DNA of 64,000 nucleotides from Trichodelitschia bisporula. Taxonomy: Eukaryota. The stretch covers positions 941,933-1,005,932 of the forward strand of contig ML996692.1 in NCBI GenBank assembly GCA_010356995.1, given 5' to 3'. The position numbers and the translations under genes were made by a program. Under the pieces are notes generated by a model that was given only the letters and a program-made list of their open reading frames with translations, ran no database searches and had not been told where the DNA came from. Below, piece after piece: positions 13,901-27,384 of this stretch. How positions within the stretch are numbered: the first letter of the stretch is position 1; the number at the start of each line of letters is the position of its first letter.

Positions 13901-14593
13901 GCCGGCAAAATCCATTCCGCCCTCGGCATGACCCTCGGCCAGCTGCAAATCGCCGTAACAAACACGACATCGCACCCAGACACCCCCAAGAAACTCGGCG
14001 AAGTCACAGTCGACGGCGTCGTGCACAGCATCCCCAGCACGCGCTCGGGCATCATCCTCCGCGTGCCCAAAGTCATCGCCACGATGCAGACATGGCAGGT
14101 GCCCGGCATGTACTCCATTGAGTACATCTTCAAGAGCCGGTTCGAGGGCAAGGTCGACGTGGGCTGGAACTACTCGCGCATCGGCATCATCCGCTCCATC
14201 TGGAACACGCACTCGCGCACCCTGGCCTCGCGCCTCGGGAAGCCGCTGCCGGAGTCGGCGGTGCGGATCACGACGGGGTCGAAGAGTGTGGATTCGGCGG
14301 TCGCGAGCAGCGCGGGCGGCTCTAAGCCTGCGTCTGAGGACGGCAAGGACGAGAATATTACGGCTGTGGTGGTCAATGTGCCGCAGAGCCGGTACGAGTA
14401 TGCGGCGCGGGAGCCGCCGGTGATTGAGACGCCGCAGCTGCGGGATATGGGTGAGGCGACGCCGCCGTTGGAGTGGATTGGGCTGCAGAGGGATCGGCTG
14501 CCGAATATCACCCATCAGATTGTTATTGTAGCGCTGCTGGGCGTGGCGAAGGAGGTTGAGGATGCATATGGGAGGATCCTGGGGAACAGCTGA
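4924..14593 (+). CDS. CSF1: Csf1 / BLTP1 (KIAA1109, Tweek) bridge-like lipid transfer protein, ~3200 aa; exons 4924-5015, 5062-14593
   Basis: N-terminus MAGGDLIAQPLNASKSFNWVLLIELLVCGILGVFFLGYFDR (TM anchor), SLQLSLLGGRIFFK, YGPWADRQR, and C-terminal PPVIETPQLRDMGEATPPLEWIGL are Csf1 hallmarks. Intron 5016-5061 (GTAAGG..TTAAC..TAG) joins the true ATG to the 3200-aa ORF frame. Confidence 0.95.
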
Positions 14594-17500
14594 AGGTGCT
14601 TGCGGATTGTGGCTCATCGAGGTTCACGTTACCGTCCATGTGGCGATGCACTTAGGATTGTATTTTGACGGTGCACATTGTGATTGCATTTTTTCATAGC
14701 GAAGGACAGGGGCGTTTATTGTACTGTACATATTGGGATCTTCAACATGCTGTACTGCTCAAAGAATCAGTTTCCTTCAACACTATAGGGCCTTGTCCCT
14801 CGGCATCGCTTGAACATGAGCTATTTCCCTGGCCATCCTTCCTCCTGCCTTCAACATCGTGTCGTCCAATACAGCCAAAACCAGTGCTTGTCATCGATCT
14901 CCTAGCCCACCACTAACGACCCCCAGCCCGAACGAGGCACCCCTCCAAATCCAACCCCATAAGCCCGCATCAATCTCACCATCAGCACGAGCCCCACCCA
15001 AAAACCGCCTCCACCTGCCCTTACCAACCCAATATCTTATGCACTCACTCCGAACTCCAGCCTCAGCCATACTCCACACTTCCAAATCCCAGAGATCTCC
15101 TCCGAAATCCTCTCCGTCAGCCCTCCCTCTTCCGGCGTTTCGGCGCCAAACAAAGCCCGGCGCAAGCCTCACGTACGCACACCACCCAAAGCATACGGTA
15201 CCCTCCCCAATCGCCCTATACACACGCCCCACTCGCCCTATGCACAAGGTTGCCGACGCCGCTGACGCCGATGAATCATGACCCGCGCCTTACACTCGTC
15301 GGCATCACCATCCAGGTTCGCGCACCCCTGTAAGCAGCGGGCAGCGGCGGGCAGGCGACCGACAGCGGGTGGCATCTAAAAGAAACCACCTGCAGCCCCC
15401 CGGGCCGGACTCCAATTCGCTCCCGACGTCTCAAACACGCGTCTTCCCCCCTTCCCCAACCCCGACCCCAGCTCGTCAGATCGCGCAGCCACCCGCTATG
15501 GCGCCGATAACCCGCTCCTTCTGCTCTGTTTCAGAGGCCTCCAGCCGCGAGCCGGTGGGCCGCCCGAGCGCCGGATGGGAGCGTCGTGCGAGGGCAGACG
15601 TTGGATGCGGGGTGGCCGGCCAATGTGCTACTTGATGCGGGGCGTGGGGCTTGTGTTTCTTTGTCTAGTAGGATGCGGATCCTGGCGTGTTGCAGAAGAC
15701 TGACTGATCAGGAAGAGTGGCGTTGAATTGGGAAGGTGGTGTCACGTGAAGGGAAGGCTGAGATGAATACATGAGTGAGGAGGGGGTTGTGTGCTTTTAG
15801 GATGCAGTTCGGAAGTTGATACTTTGGAGTATGGAAAACAAAATTGGTGATGCAAAATTCGCCCTGATCCATAGTTCGCGTAGGAGGGAGCTGAAACCGG
15901 TATACGAAAGAGCTCCTGGATGTCTAAGTCCCCTTGAGCGGGTCCAATATGAGGCTTCGATGCTCAGCAGTCGTTGACTTTAGGCTCGTATGCTCATCCA
16001 AAAAGGACTGTGCAAACTAATTTGTACCCTTTCGGGTCGTCTTTGACTTTTTCCACAATCTCTTCCTTTTGGAAATCAAAGCTTTGTGAATATGATTAGC
16101 CAGGTGCCTCAGGTCATAAGCCTTATATTATAGAGTTCAATACTAGCCCATTACTCCTCCGCATCCGACTGCTTTGAATGTGTTGCGCTGAGATTCATGC
16201 CTTCGTCGGCTGGTCGAAGTCATCATTCTTTGTACAGCCGAATATTCCCACCCAGGACCGTGAAAGACATAGGATGTCGCTCACTAGGGGACGAGGACTG
16301 GAGTGGAGAAGGATAATGCATATTTGTAGTCCGTGTTTATGCCAGGAGTGCAATGGATGTCGCCGCTGAGGGTAGGGTTTATGAGAGGAAGTCTGGTTAC
16401 ATATGACCTGTCAGAGGCCAGTTAAAATTGGGAAAGTATTGTCATTATAGGAGTCTCACTGGGCTGAGTGTTATGAATATATTGGTGGTACTCCGGTGGG
16501 TTGTGATTGTCGCTTGTGCATCAAGTGTGCGGAGGTGAGCCTTCTGTGTAGAAGGGAATTACCTTGTCTAACGATGCCTCTTCAAAGCGTCTTCCAGATG
16601 AAATTTTGCCGTTTTGTCCATGAAACAGCCAGTCCCTCGTACTCCATGGTTACTAAGTTTGGAAACAAAGTGAGGTGCCTCCGGTATTCGTCAGTCTCTG
16701 GACACGATGCTGATACCAGCAACGGCGAATCACCATCGCTCATCATTTGGCACCTTGCCCAAGTAATTGAGGAAGACTGACCGGTAAAACCAGCGCTTCA
16801 ATGCCGTGGGTTTTTGGTCAGCCAGAATCTTCGCGGATGGAGGCTATCTAGACGTGCTAGGCTAGGTACGAAGTCAGATCAACGTCAATATGAAAGCATT
16901 TGACGTACATTGAGGTATGTCCACATGTGTACACCCTGCAGCCTTCTGTTTGTCCTTATTCTCAAAACCAGCTCTATGTGCTCACACACACCGCAACGTC
17001 CGGCCGGTTATGTATTCGTACTCGCGAGCATCTAGCAGAGTCACTAGGGGAAATTTCGGAGCTTCGGGTCGGAGGGCAGACGACGGGTTCCTGTCAGAGC
17101 AACTGGTGCCGATCATGGTGTTATCAATTGGCCGGTGTAAGCTCTTTGCTTCAGGAATTTATGCTTACTTGGAGAGCTCAAAGGAAGGTCGAGAGGTGGT
17201 AGACCAAATGGAACGCGGTTGCTTCAAGTCGTGATGTTTCTCGGTGTCCATCAGACTGGTCGTATCCAGCGCAACAAGCATGGCTTTGAATGCCAGTAGC
17301 TGAGAGTAGAACAAAGTAATAGCTGCTCACGGCAGTCCTAACTTCCATCTTCAGTGTGAAGGTGGAGGATGAGAAGGAAACGCCGAGAGCTGGAAGCCTT
17401 TCATTTTGGCAAAAGTTCGGCTTCAAGGTAGCAGACGAAGTACTTGATAGCATCGGGCAAGAGAGCATGGTAAAGAGAGCTATCGAAAGAGAGATGGTAT

Positions 17501-20500
17501 CAGCACCAGCAGGATTTTGCAGACACATGAATGAAGCTGTGGGAGGTGCGAGTTGAGATGGAAAGTGCAGTCGCCCGAAGACAGCAGCTCATCACATCAG
17601 TGAGACCACGTCGGATGCGTTTTCCGCTTTGGCCAGTCACAGCCGGTGTCAAAGAAGTGTCAACGCCTATTCGACTCTTCGGCCATGATTTCCTAAGTTC
17701 TGCCAGTCTCTCTGCTTTTTCGCGATTTTCATTCTGTTCTTCGGCATGGGGTTGAGAAAATGACTCGTCAGATTCAGCATGAAGTCACAACAAAGGCTGT
17801 CACATCCAGAGAAAAATATGGAAGATATCATAGTAATCGGTATTCAGCTAGCACTATGGTACCAGAAGGCTCGATACATTCGTTACAAAGGACACTAGTT
17901 CTACTGTGAGGTAAAAGTGAAGAGAGCTTAAACTTCAGTCATACAAGCATATAGCTACTCATTCCGTGCATAGCAGCTTAGACAATACTAACGAGTCACC
18001 GCATCAAAGCTAGAGATAACGTTAACAGTCCAAGACCTCGTTGCCAATTTATCCACCGGATGCAGGAAGATGCAATAGCCGAGGGTTCCGTGCCTTCAGC
18101 GTCCATCGTCTATCACATCATAAAGTAGCAAGGCTGGGCAAGATCCAGAAGACGGAGACGCAACCAATACTGGAGGGCTCTTGAACACAAACCTTCCTGG
18201 TACTGTCCCACCGCTAGACCATACATCCCACTCCATAAGCCATGACGTGGGTTCATCGGCGCACTGGTATGGCGAACTCAAAGTGCGAACCAAGAAATCC
18301 GCCGTAGTACCGGAATGGAAGCTTTGGCTGAGTTAGGGAGAGCATTAATCCAGCCTCTTTCACCTCCCATTTGCAAGTCTGCATCCGTGATTCCACCAAA
18401 ACCTTGAGATAATGCGCCTGAGTGAGACTTCATCACTCGCCTCCATCCCATGCTGCTAAGAGCACAGCTCTGATGCGCAGGGATATGCCTCACACATCGC
18501 CGCTGCCTGTCGCCACCTCTATAGCGTGCCCACTGCCTCCCAATGCCTGCATCGTGGCAGCGCACGATTTGACCACATAAGACCAAAGGGAGACTCCTCC
18601 GCACGAGAAGGGGCAAACAAATCTCGGTCGAAGGTCGCAGTGGCAGGTCGGGCAGGGCGTTCGAGGCGACAAGTGAGGTATGGGAGATTTTCGTCGCGAT
18701 ATGCAAGGGTGTAACGGTAACGGGCAGTGGGGCGAACGGTTTGTGTGTTGCGACGCAGCGACAAACAGGAAACTGGACGGTGTACCGCGGGGACGTGCTG
18801 GAGGGCCTGGAGAGCGAAGTATGTTGTTAGCGGGTGGGAATGGTGATGGAGTGGCCTTGACGTAGTTTGCGCTGCCCCTCGCTCCTGCATTGCTGTCCCC
18901 ATTTGTGTAATTCTTCATGCTTGTGTTCCCAGTCGGCTCTGACAGTATGGACACGCAGTCGCTGTGGGTTGGATTTGAAGTCGAGTGTGGTATTTTCGTG
19001 CTCCGCTGGGTGTGTTGAAGGTGGTGTTAAGAGATTTGGAATCTTCAAATTCCGGACCAAGAGAGGGGCAAGGCGTGCTAGTTCTAGTTGCAGGAATCGA
19101 GATCCTCCCTTGAACAATCTCCGGCTTGAGTATCCGTCGGTCAGCGGTACGTTTACTGAACAGGAATCGACAGTCCCGACACTGGAGTTCGGGCTGCTCG
19201 AGGACCAGAAGGAAGGTGAGTTCGGTTCCTTTTGCTCCATTCCTTCTTCCTTTCGGTAGATGATGCCTCAAAACTTCCATAAAATGCAATTCGACCTTGA
19301 GGAATGAAGCAGAGCGAAGAGAGGATGCCAGTGACAGTAACAGCTTGACTGGATTTGCCATGCAAAAACCAAACTCCGCCTGCGCTTGCAGACCCGCAAG
19401 CCAGATCGTGCAACCCACCATTCAGGAAGCAGCAGAAAGAAGCACCGAAGTCTCCCTGTGATGGGCGTTTCATGTGTTTTCGTGACCTGGTTCTTGGAAA
19501 GGGCCATCCTGGAATTACAGCCGGCCATCCGACCCTCCGTCAAATCCTTGCAGCAAAGCCGAAAGAGCGGGCATCATTGTGCAACCACCGATGGTCCAGC
19601 TACCAGGTCCCTTTGCAAACGAAGTCTGCTTTTGATCAGCGTGTACACCATGCCTCGGAGTGCTTTGAGGGCTAGCAGATTGCGGTGCCCTTGCAGCAGA
19701 CGAAATGCGCGGTTAGAGGGGTTGAAGAGGGATCGTGGATACTGAAGGAAGGTCAGTGTTTGCGGTACGACATCGCAGAGGTCGTAGTTTGAAAAGCATG
19801 CATCTGCGGGGCAGGAGCGCTGACTGCGAAGGGTACCGTACGCCGCCAAAGGGCTCCAGGATTCGGACATCAATAACATGATATCGTATGCTTCCCCCAC
19901 GCCGTACGTGCAAGCTGATGCCAAGCAGGTGGATATATGGATAGCTAGTCGAAGTAGGGGTTCGGCAGGTAAATGCTATTGGCGAAAGCCAGAAAATAAT
20001 GACTCAATCAGCAGGCACAGCTCAAACCCGTGATAGGATACGGATATGCATGTCCATCACGAAGATGCCGAATGGATGATGCAGCATGGATCCGACAGGA
20101 AATCATTCACACCCACTCTGCCCCAAGAGTTTTGAACAGCACCTTGTTGCTACCCCTCCTTCTCAGGCTCAGCCAGCCGCGGAGGGCTCTGGCACAGCAA
20201 CCACCCAAGCCAAGTCCTCAAGCAACAACGCCGCGCTTGCCTCACCATCGGAGGCAACTCTCCCGGTCGACCTCTTCGGGTGGGGAGGCCCCAATGTGGG
20301 GCGATGTAGCAACAAGCTGTGATTTTCTCGAAGGGTCGAGTGGCAGCCCGCGTTGCTGGATCAAGTTGCTTCTTGGATGCAGCCACGACTGTCATTGACG
20401 TGCGACTGCATACCGACCCCAGCCATTCGAGCGCGCGGCAGCACGCCCTGTGAAACTGGCAGTGCACGACTTGATCAAGCGGTTGTACTCGGCGCGAGCC

Positions 20501-23500
20501 TGGTGGGGTGACGATGTTAGCCTGAAGCTGCGGAACCACAGCGGCGGATGCGAGGCGGTCAGAAAGGCGTCGGCGCGAGCATCAGATAGGATGAGATAAG
20601 AAAGGATGGACGGTACTTGCAGTGCGAGTTCATATGGGCGTGAAAAGCTCCAAGTACGGAGCAAGGTGAAGGAAGGAAGTTCGGGAGAGATGTTAGTCCG
20701 TGAATAGGAGACGGTTAGTCGGGCGCATCGCCCGTGAAGAAGCAACTAATATGGGGATAAACGAGCGCAAACCTTGCCAAGTTGCTTCGCATTCTGAGTC
20801 TCGAGGTTGCTCCAGAAGGTCCCGAAAGCCATCGGGTTCCTCAAACGCCCGGTTAGTAGAGGACTGGAGATCAGGGAACGTAAATGGGGTTTACACTCCA
20901 ACGAGACACATCTCCGTCAAAGCAGTGGGCGTCATTCCCCAGGGATGGCGACTGGAGGAGCACAATGTTGATGCGACACCAGATCTGGTGGGTTCCGTTC
21001 GCGTGCTTGTGGTAGCTTACGGCGAAGCCCGAGGAGTGAAGGACGAAGAGACTCTCGTTGGTCAAACTTGAAAGTACGAGAATTAGCAGAGCCCCGGTTT
21101 TACTCTACCTGGTTCATGATCAGGCTCGGGACAGTATGACTGCTACGGGGAACGAAGAGGATGTACTGAATGGTACATGTGGGTACAGCAAGACTCCATG
21201 GTGGTCGGGCACAGGTCCGCCCGACGTAAGTTGAAGAGAGCCTAAGGTGACAATGAGCGATCGGCGAGGCGGGGAAAGCGCACCCTCACCCGTTAGCCGG
21301 AGGTTACATATGGGGCGTGCGTCGCGTGAAAGCGCGTCGTCCGCATCGAGCGATCACAGCAGCTTCTGACGAATTGCTGAGCTCAGCAAGCTACCATTGG
21401 CATCAGATGGCCTCCGCCGCACCAAGCTCGCAGCAGGCCTGGGCAAAAAGCGGTGGGAGAGCAACACGCCGTTTTCCGGTAGATATGCCAACAGCAGCAG
21501 AGCGCAGCAAGGCCAACCCGTCAAGTAAAAGTCTGCTCGGCTGGGCAGCATCTTAACCTGCGTCGGAATACGGCCTTTGTGGTTCTTGGCCGGTCCGGGC
21601 GACATTTGCCATCCGTATCTTATATCCATCCCATCAGCGGAAGGAACGGGGAAGCTGACGGTGAAGGGCGTGCACGGAGTGGCGAAGCACCAACAGCAGC
21701 AGCACCGTATCGTACAGCGGTAGGCTGGCGGCAACGTGAGGATAGAGGCGCGTCTTTATCATTATTTCTTCGGAGTTCCAGCACTGGGACGGACGCGGGG
21801 GCTGACTGGAGTGCATGTAGGCGCGGGAGGAGGCCACGCGCCGTTGGCTCTAAGGGAGCCTCCCGAAAGGCGCAGTGCAGAGGCCCGTCTATTCCGCAAT
21901 CCGCACCAGTCCGCAGTGTGGTCATTGAAGAAGACGGGGAAAGTTCCTTTTTCCTCTTCATCAAGCTTTCCAAGAGGTCCGCTATCCTCAGGCACTAGGG
22001 TACTGGAAGCCATCGCCCCCACACACGCACACATATCGGCTGTTCTCGCATGCGTTAAGCTGAGGGAGGGAAGGGTAAAAAGAGAAGGTTGGCTTGGGTT
22101 GAGGTGAGGGCGAAACCCGATTTTCAGCTCTTCTGCGGTGTGGGGGAGATTCGGGTGAAGGAAGAAAAGTTGGAAGCTCGTTTTTCTCTCTTGACCTCTT
22201 GTCGTGCAGGTGTGCAGAGCGGAGGCGGAGCTGGAGGGCAGTGGCTGTCTAATATCAGCCACAGAGCGCCACAGATGGGCGTATGCAGAGCCCCGTTCGG
22301 GAGGGAAGAAGTGGCGACCAATGACGATTGCTTTCTTTGGTCTTGGCAGCCGTGGGCGATGGGATTGGCGTTTCTAGTGCTGTGGGACACCCAGCGGGGA
22401 GGGGCGGCTGGAAGCTAGCGGATATGGGAGGAGGGGCGGAGAGAATGAAAGGAAACTCAGAGCAAGTGAGGTTTATCTACGGATGTATCAAAGAGAAGAG
22501 AAGAGAATCGAAGGGCGTATCGGGAGTGTCGGATGTGTTCGGAGCCCCCAACTGCTTCCTCAAAGAGCCTCAGCCACAGCCAGCCAGCCGCGAAGGGAGG
22601 CCACTTTATCGACACGCACATGGAGGTCGGCGGTCTCTTCCCTTGCACACTCCGTCTTTCCCTTTGGCCACTTCTTCTCTTCTGCACGCGCGCTTGCTCC
22701 TCTCTTTCTGCGCCTGCAAGCGTTGCCGATATGCGACAGAATTGCCTCATCACAACTTCCCTAATTCAGGAGTTTTCTGCTAGATTCAAGACTTAGCACT
22801 CAAAATAGGTTCTTGACATTGCAATTGCCGTGAGACGTTCCCACTCACTGGCCCTACTGAAAGGAGACCCTTTTGCGCTCTCTCTTTTCCCTTCCGAGCA
22901 TAAAATAAGCTGATGTGCCCTTCAACCTCATCCATCTCCTTCGCTACAATCTAGCCTTCATCCACCAATTCTCCATATCCTAGACGAATGCACTTCCTCG
23001 GTCTGAGCCCAGCCAACCGTCTCCAATTACCTTGCTCTCCGCATCCTGTACGCTCCGCTCAGTCGAGTGGAGCCCGGTCAACCCATTCCGTTGATGGCGA
23101 CAAGAACAAAGAAAGATACGCCCTCCGCTGCTCGTGCGTCCGCCCCCTCCTTTTTGGGCCCCCGGCTGAGAACGCCAGCAGGTTGCAAAGGACGAAAGCA
23201 GGCTGGACGCCGACGCATCTTCTGGAGAATTTTTTTGGTTTGTTTGCCGCAAGGGATGAATTGGAGAACAAGTAGCAGCAACCAACAACTGAAAAGATTT
23301 GCAGTAGCATGCAGCATCAAGCATAAGCACGCAGCAGAAATGGAAAACGAGTTGACGCGTCGTTTGATGCGGCCACACCGGCTTTGAAGCTTGGCGCTAA
23401 GGCTCCCCCAAGCTAGGCACTGGTGGGAGGGAGAGCCCTACTGGTTGCCAGGTCGGCGACCGGCGTCGTTGTTGGAACTGTAGCCGCGACCCCCTCTCTT

Positions 23501-26500
23501 CCCCCCACTCCCTCCTCACGTTATCAGACGTTGGGCATCCGTCCAGCGTGCTAACCGATCTTTGGTTATGGTTGTCAACGGGCGGATGCGGGGCCGCCCC
23601 TAGAGCATGCTTGAGTTCCCATGAGGCAACGTCAAGTTAACATTAGTACGAAGCGAAAGCGCCTTTGTTAGTATACCGCCTGGCGCTAGTTGCCCAACAT
23701 TGGCAGTTTTCTGTCCGCCAGGCGGCTAACGGCCTGCCGGATTGACGGCCATTGAGTTCTGCGCGCGGGAAAGGTCTTGCGCGGTAGTGCGGCGAAGAGA
23801 CCCAAAACACTCCCAGGACAATTTTGAGCCTTTTGAACGACACGTTCTCATCGCCGCCATCCCTTTGAAGCAATTGATGTACGGATGTACGCGCTGCTGC
23901 TCGCGCTGGCAGCGGAAATCTCCAAAGGCTAGAATGGTCTGGTAAGGCATTAACGATCTTCTCCGAACCAAACAGTTTGAAGTCTTGGTAAGTCCCTTCC
24001 TGGTCCCTGTCCCGGATGTTTATCCCGCCATGATACTATCCTACACCTCACCTCATGTACGCTTTACGGGAGATAAGCCACCATGCTGCCCTGCGCCGGA
24101 TCTTATAGTACCGCCCAGTGAGAGGCTCCGCGGTAGGCATCGTTACGCCTAATCACAGACTCCGCTGGCTGGAGCAACGCAACGAGACTGGAGGGTGACG
24201 ATTGTCTACCGGCCCCACCGCCACGCAAACAGAGGATGTGGAGAAGGGTCATCTCGCCCGTGCACGCGGAAGCCGTAATCCTCTCTCTTACCGTCCCGGC
24301 AGACTCGAACGGAGCCTCTCCTCCCCCTAACCACAGCACCAAATATTGCGCTTTCCGATTCCTGTCCCTGCGTCGGGCAACGATCAGTGCCTGCGAGAAT
24401 CATTGGGAAAGGAAATAAAAGCGCCTGACGAAACCCTCAAAAAGGAAGCGGTTCCTGTATCTGGGATTCATTCTCGCAAGGCCGAAGCCTTCAAACACGA
24501 AAGCAATGGGGCCTTGACTGCTTGAACGAGGCGGAAGGCGCCCATGGCTGAAAAAGAGGTCGTTCCTGCGGCGCATTGAACAAAAGCCAATTGCCAACAA
24601 TAGATCTACTTGGGCGCGGCCTTCAAGCCTCCGAGATCACCTGCAGCCTCGTATTAGGGAGTCGCCCGGCTGTGTTGGTTTGGGACCTCCTAGCATCAAT
24701 TTTCCCCCCAGGGCCGCAACAAGAAAAAAGCCATAGGCTTTCACGATTCCTTAATGCGCCATCAGCAATGCTCACGCAGAAAAATGGAAAGCATGAGCTC
24801 CGCACCCCGGGGAGGGGATAGCCACTGACCCATCTCCTGGCCCGTACGCTGTGGAGACTCCACCATAGCCAAAGGCTCGACGGATGGCGAAGCTTAACAT
24901 GATTGCATTGGCTCTTGGGCGTCGTCCAGTCACGCTGTGCATCAGCAGTCCATGAGCTGTGGTCGTCGCGCGCGGTACTTCTTGGAGTCTTTTGGATGGA
25001 CGCCGCCCCCAAGATCTTCTCCCGTCGAATCCTGGACGGCACTCTTTTCCTACGCTTCATCATTACTAACTGCTAGCTTATATTCTTCATCGTCTTCCTT
25101 CGTCACTTTTCGGTTCAAACCCCTTCCCCGCGAAACCTACTGCCCACCCTCCCCTCCCCCACCTTTACCGCACATCCACTGATTCCCCTCTCCCCCTCCT
25201 CCCCCTCCTCTTCACCTCCCCCCCCCACCCTCCGTCATCCCGTGCCTAGTAGTATCCTACAGTCATTCGGCCTGGAGCTCGTCCTACCTGGGTGTGGCAT
25301 TTTCATCCGTCCTTAGCTTAAACCACCCTTGAGGCTCCCCTTCCCCTCCCTCTCATCTAGCCCGGCCTTGTCCAACTCTGTGTACCTTCATCGAGTCTGT
25401 CTCTCGTTTACCCCAATTACCGCTTCCGGTTCACGCCTCATCTCCGGCACGGCCCCCCGGATTGCGCCCATTCAGACGGACCCTAGCTTTCACTGGGCAT
25501 TCTTTCAGAGAAGTACCCGGGCCAGAAGTCAGCCATTCTACCCCGGTCCGCCCTCACCTTTTGGCGTCACTCCCGGTTCAAGCTCACATCAACCTTACGG
25601 TGCCGACTAACCAACCAACCTTCCGATCACCTGAAATTCACACACGCGCGCCTCCACAATCCATCATCCAAAACCACCTCGCCAGTTTCCGTTCATCCTT
25701 CGCGCATCCCAGCGTGCTCATCTTGCGGCGCTGCCGAAGCATCTCCAGCCCATCGGTTCCAGTCTCTCACCAGCATCGGTAAATTAGCTCCGCGGCATTC
25801 AAGGCTTCAGCTGAAGTGGGCTGCTTAGAGCCTCAAAGGTGTGCATGCCCTTTGACAGCGCAGGTTGATGGGCTTGATCGTTCGTGCATGCACTCTTCCG
25901 TCTACCCTTCTACCAAAGGGCCCACCGGGACTCCATTGGTCGAGGTCCACTGTTGTGCGGTACTTGAGTACTTTCTCTGACGTGAGTGTCAACGAGTTTC
26001 TTTCATTATCTTTCTCTCTCCAGGGTTTAGGCACATCGTCCTAAATCAAGTTCGATTTGGCTCTGCCGGTCGGATGTGGCCAGCAGCCGACTAGAAAACC
26101 GATCACCCAAACCACATGTTGTCCCAGTTCCCTTGCTTTGGCGCATTTCTTTAACTCCAGTGCGAGCACAACTTCCCCATATCTCTAGAGTATATGTACT
26201 TCTCCCACTTGTTCCCCTCGTGGTTCCGTCTCGACATCCCGGTTCAGTCAGTTCTGATTCAACTACACCAAGAAGCGTCTTGCAGACGGCAGGCATCACG
26301 GAACTGTTCTTCAGATTAGCCTTTTTCCTCTATCTCTTTCTCCCTCTCTCCCTTCCCTGCCCTCCAAAGTCACTGAGGCAACGTCGCTAGTGCGAAGATC
26401 CCAGCCTCACTCACCGCGAAACACTTGATTCGCCTCTGAAGCCTTTGTTCTGGTAAGACTCCATCGCAAGACTAATGTACCTATGCGAACCACTCATCTT

Positions 26501-27384
26501 AAATCCCAAAGACGAGTTCGCTTGTTGCTGCTCATTCATATCGCTGCCATCGAAACAAGTCTCCCCTTCTGAATTGATTTGTTTCGCCCTGGCCGAAACA
26601 CATAGTAACAGCGTAATAGTCAGCCTGGTGGGCCGTCCACAACATCTGGGTCAATTCAAAGGGCCGCCGCCGCCTTCTCGCATTCTGGCATTCTCTACTC
26701 TGGCAGTTGAAGGGAGATTCTCAATTCTCTTTTTATTTTTCGGTGCGCGAAGTAGTGCGGCTGTCACCTCTCCACGAACCCCCACCCCAATCTCCATCTC
26801 TGTGACCGGATTCAGCCCGGGGATACCAACTCAGTTGACCTCACCTTCGGGTTGGAGCACATGTGAGATTCGAGCACGCCAGACGCATCGCTCCTTCCCA
26901 TCTGGCCGCACGTTGGACCCTTGCACCTTCCCCACGGTTGCACAACCGCACAACCGCACCCCCGAAACCCACGCCTCTAGCAAGAACAGCAACAATCTTC
27001 AACCTCCCAAACCGCCAAACTGGCCTGTGTTATAGGTTATCAATGCATTGAGGTACGTGTCACTCTTTATTTCCCTCGTTCTTCTGGTCTTGTAGTTTAT
27101 GATCGTCTCATTGGCTCCTGACTGGGTTGGTTACTGCGCCTCTTTGATATTGCCTACTTGGGTGATATGAGCCTCTTCCTGGCTGCTGCCTGGACTTGTT
27201 GACGACTCTTTACCACACTAACCGAAGGCTGCCATGCTAACTTCTATTTGCACGCACTCTATAGTCCAAGCCTAGCCTCAAGGCGATTTTAACCGACTGG
27301 AGGGGACCGTTAATATCTTCAAGCGACATATTCGACGGTCGGCACTCGGCAGCCGCGCCAAATCCCGCCGCCACACTGCTGTCG

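Noticed and set aside
17047..17062. GGGGAAATTTCGGAGC resembling RNase P CR-I
   Set aside because: Spacing deviates from the consensus and no matching CR-V/P4 partner was found.
17178..19924. Minus-strand ORFs in the gene desert (17178-17528, 18827-19240, 19574-19924)
   Set aside because: No recognisable family and no coherent exon chain; cannot be supported without homology search.
23444..23470. GCCAGGTCGGCGACCGG resembling SRP RNA helix 8
   Set aside because: Lacks the 3' AGCAG strand of the symmetric loop, and no Alu-domain start was found.
14594..27019. Telomerase RNA as an explanation for the structured desert
   Set aside because: I did not find a CTAACCCTAA-type template by eye; an Infernal search would be needed to exclude it fully.
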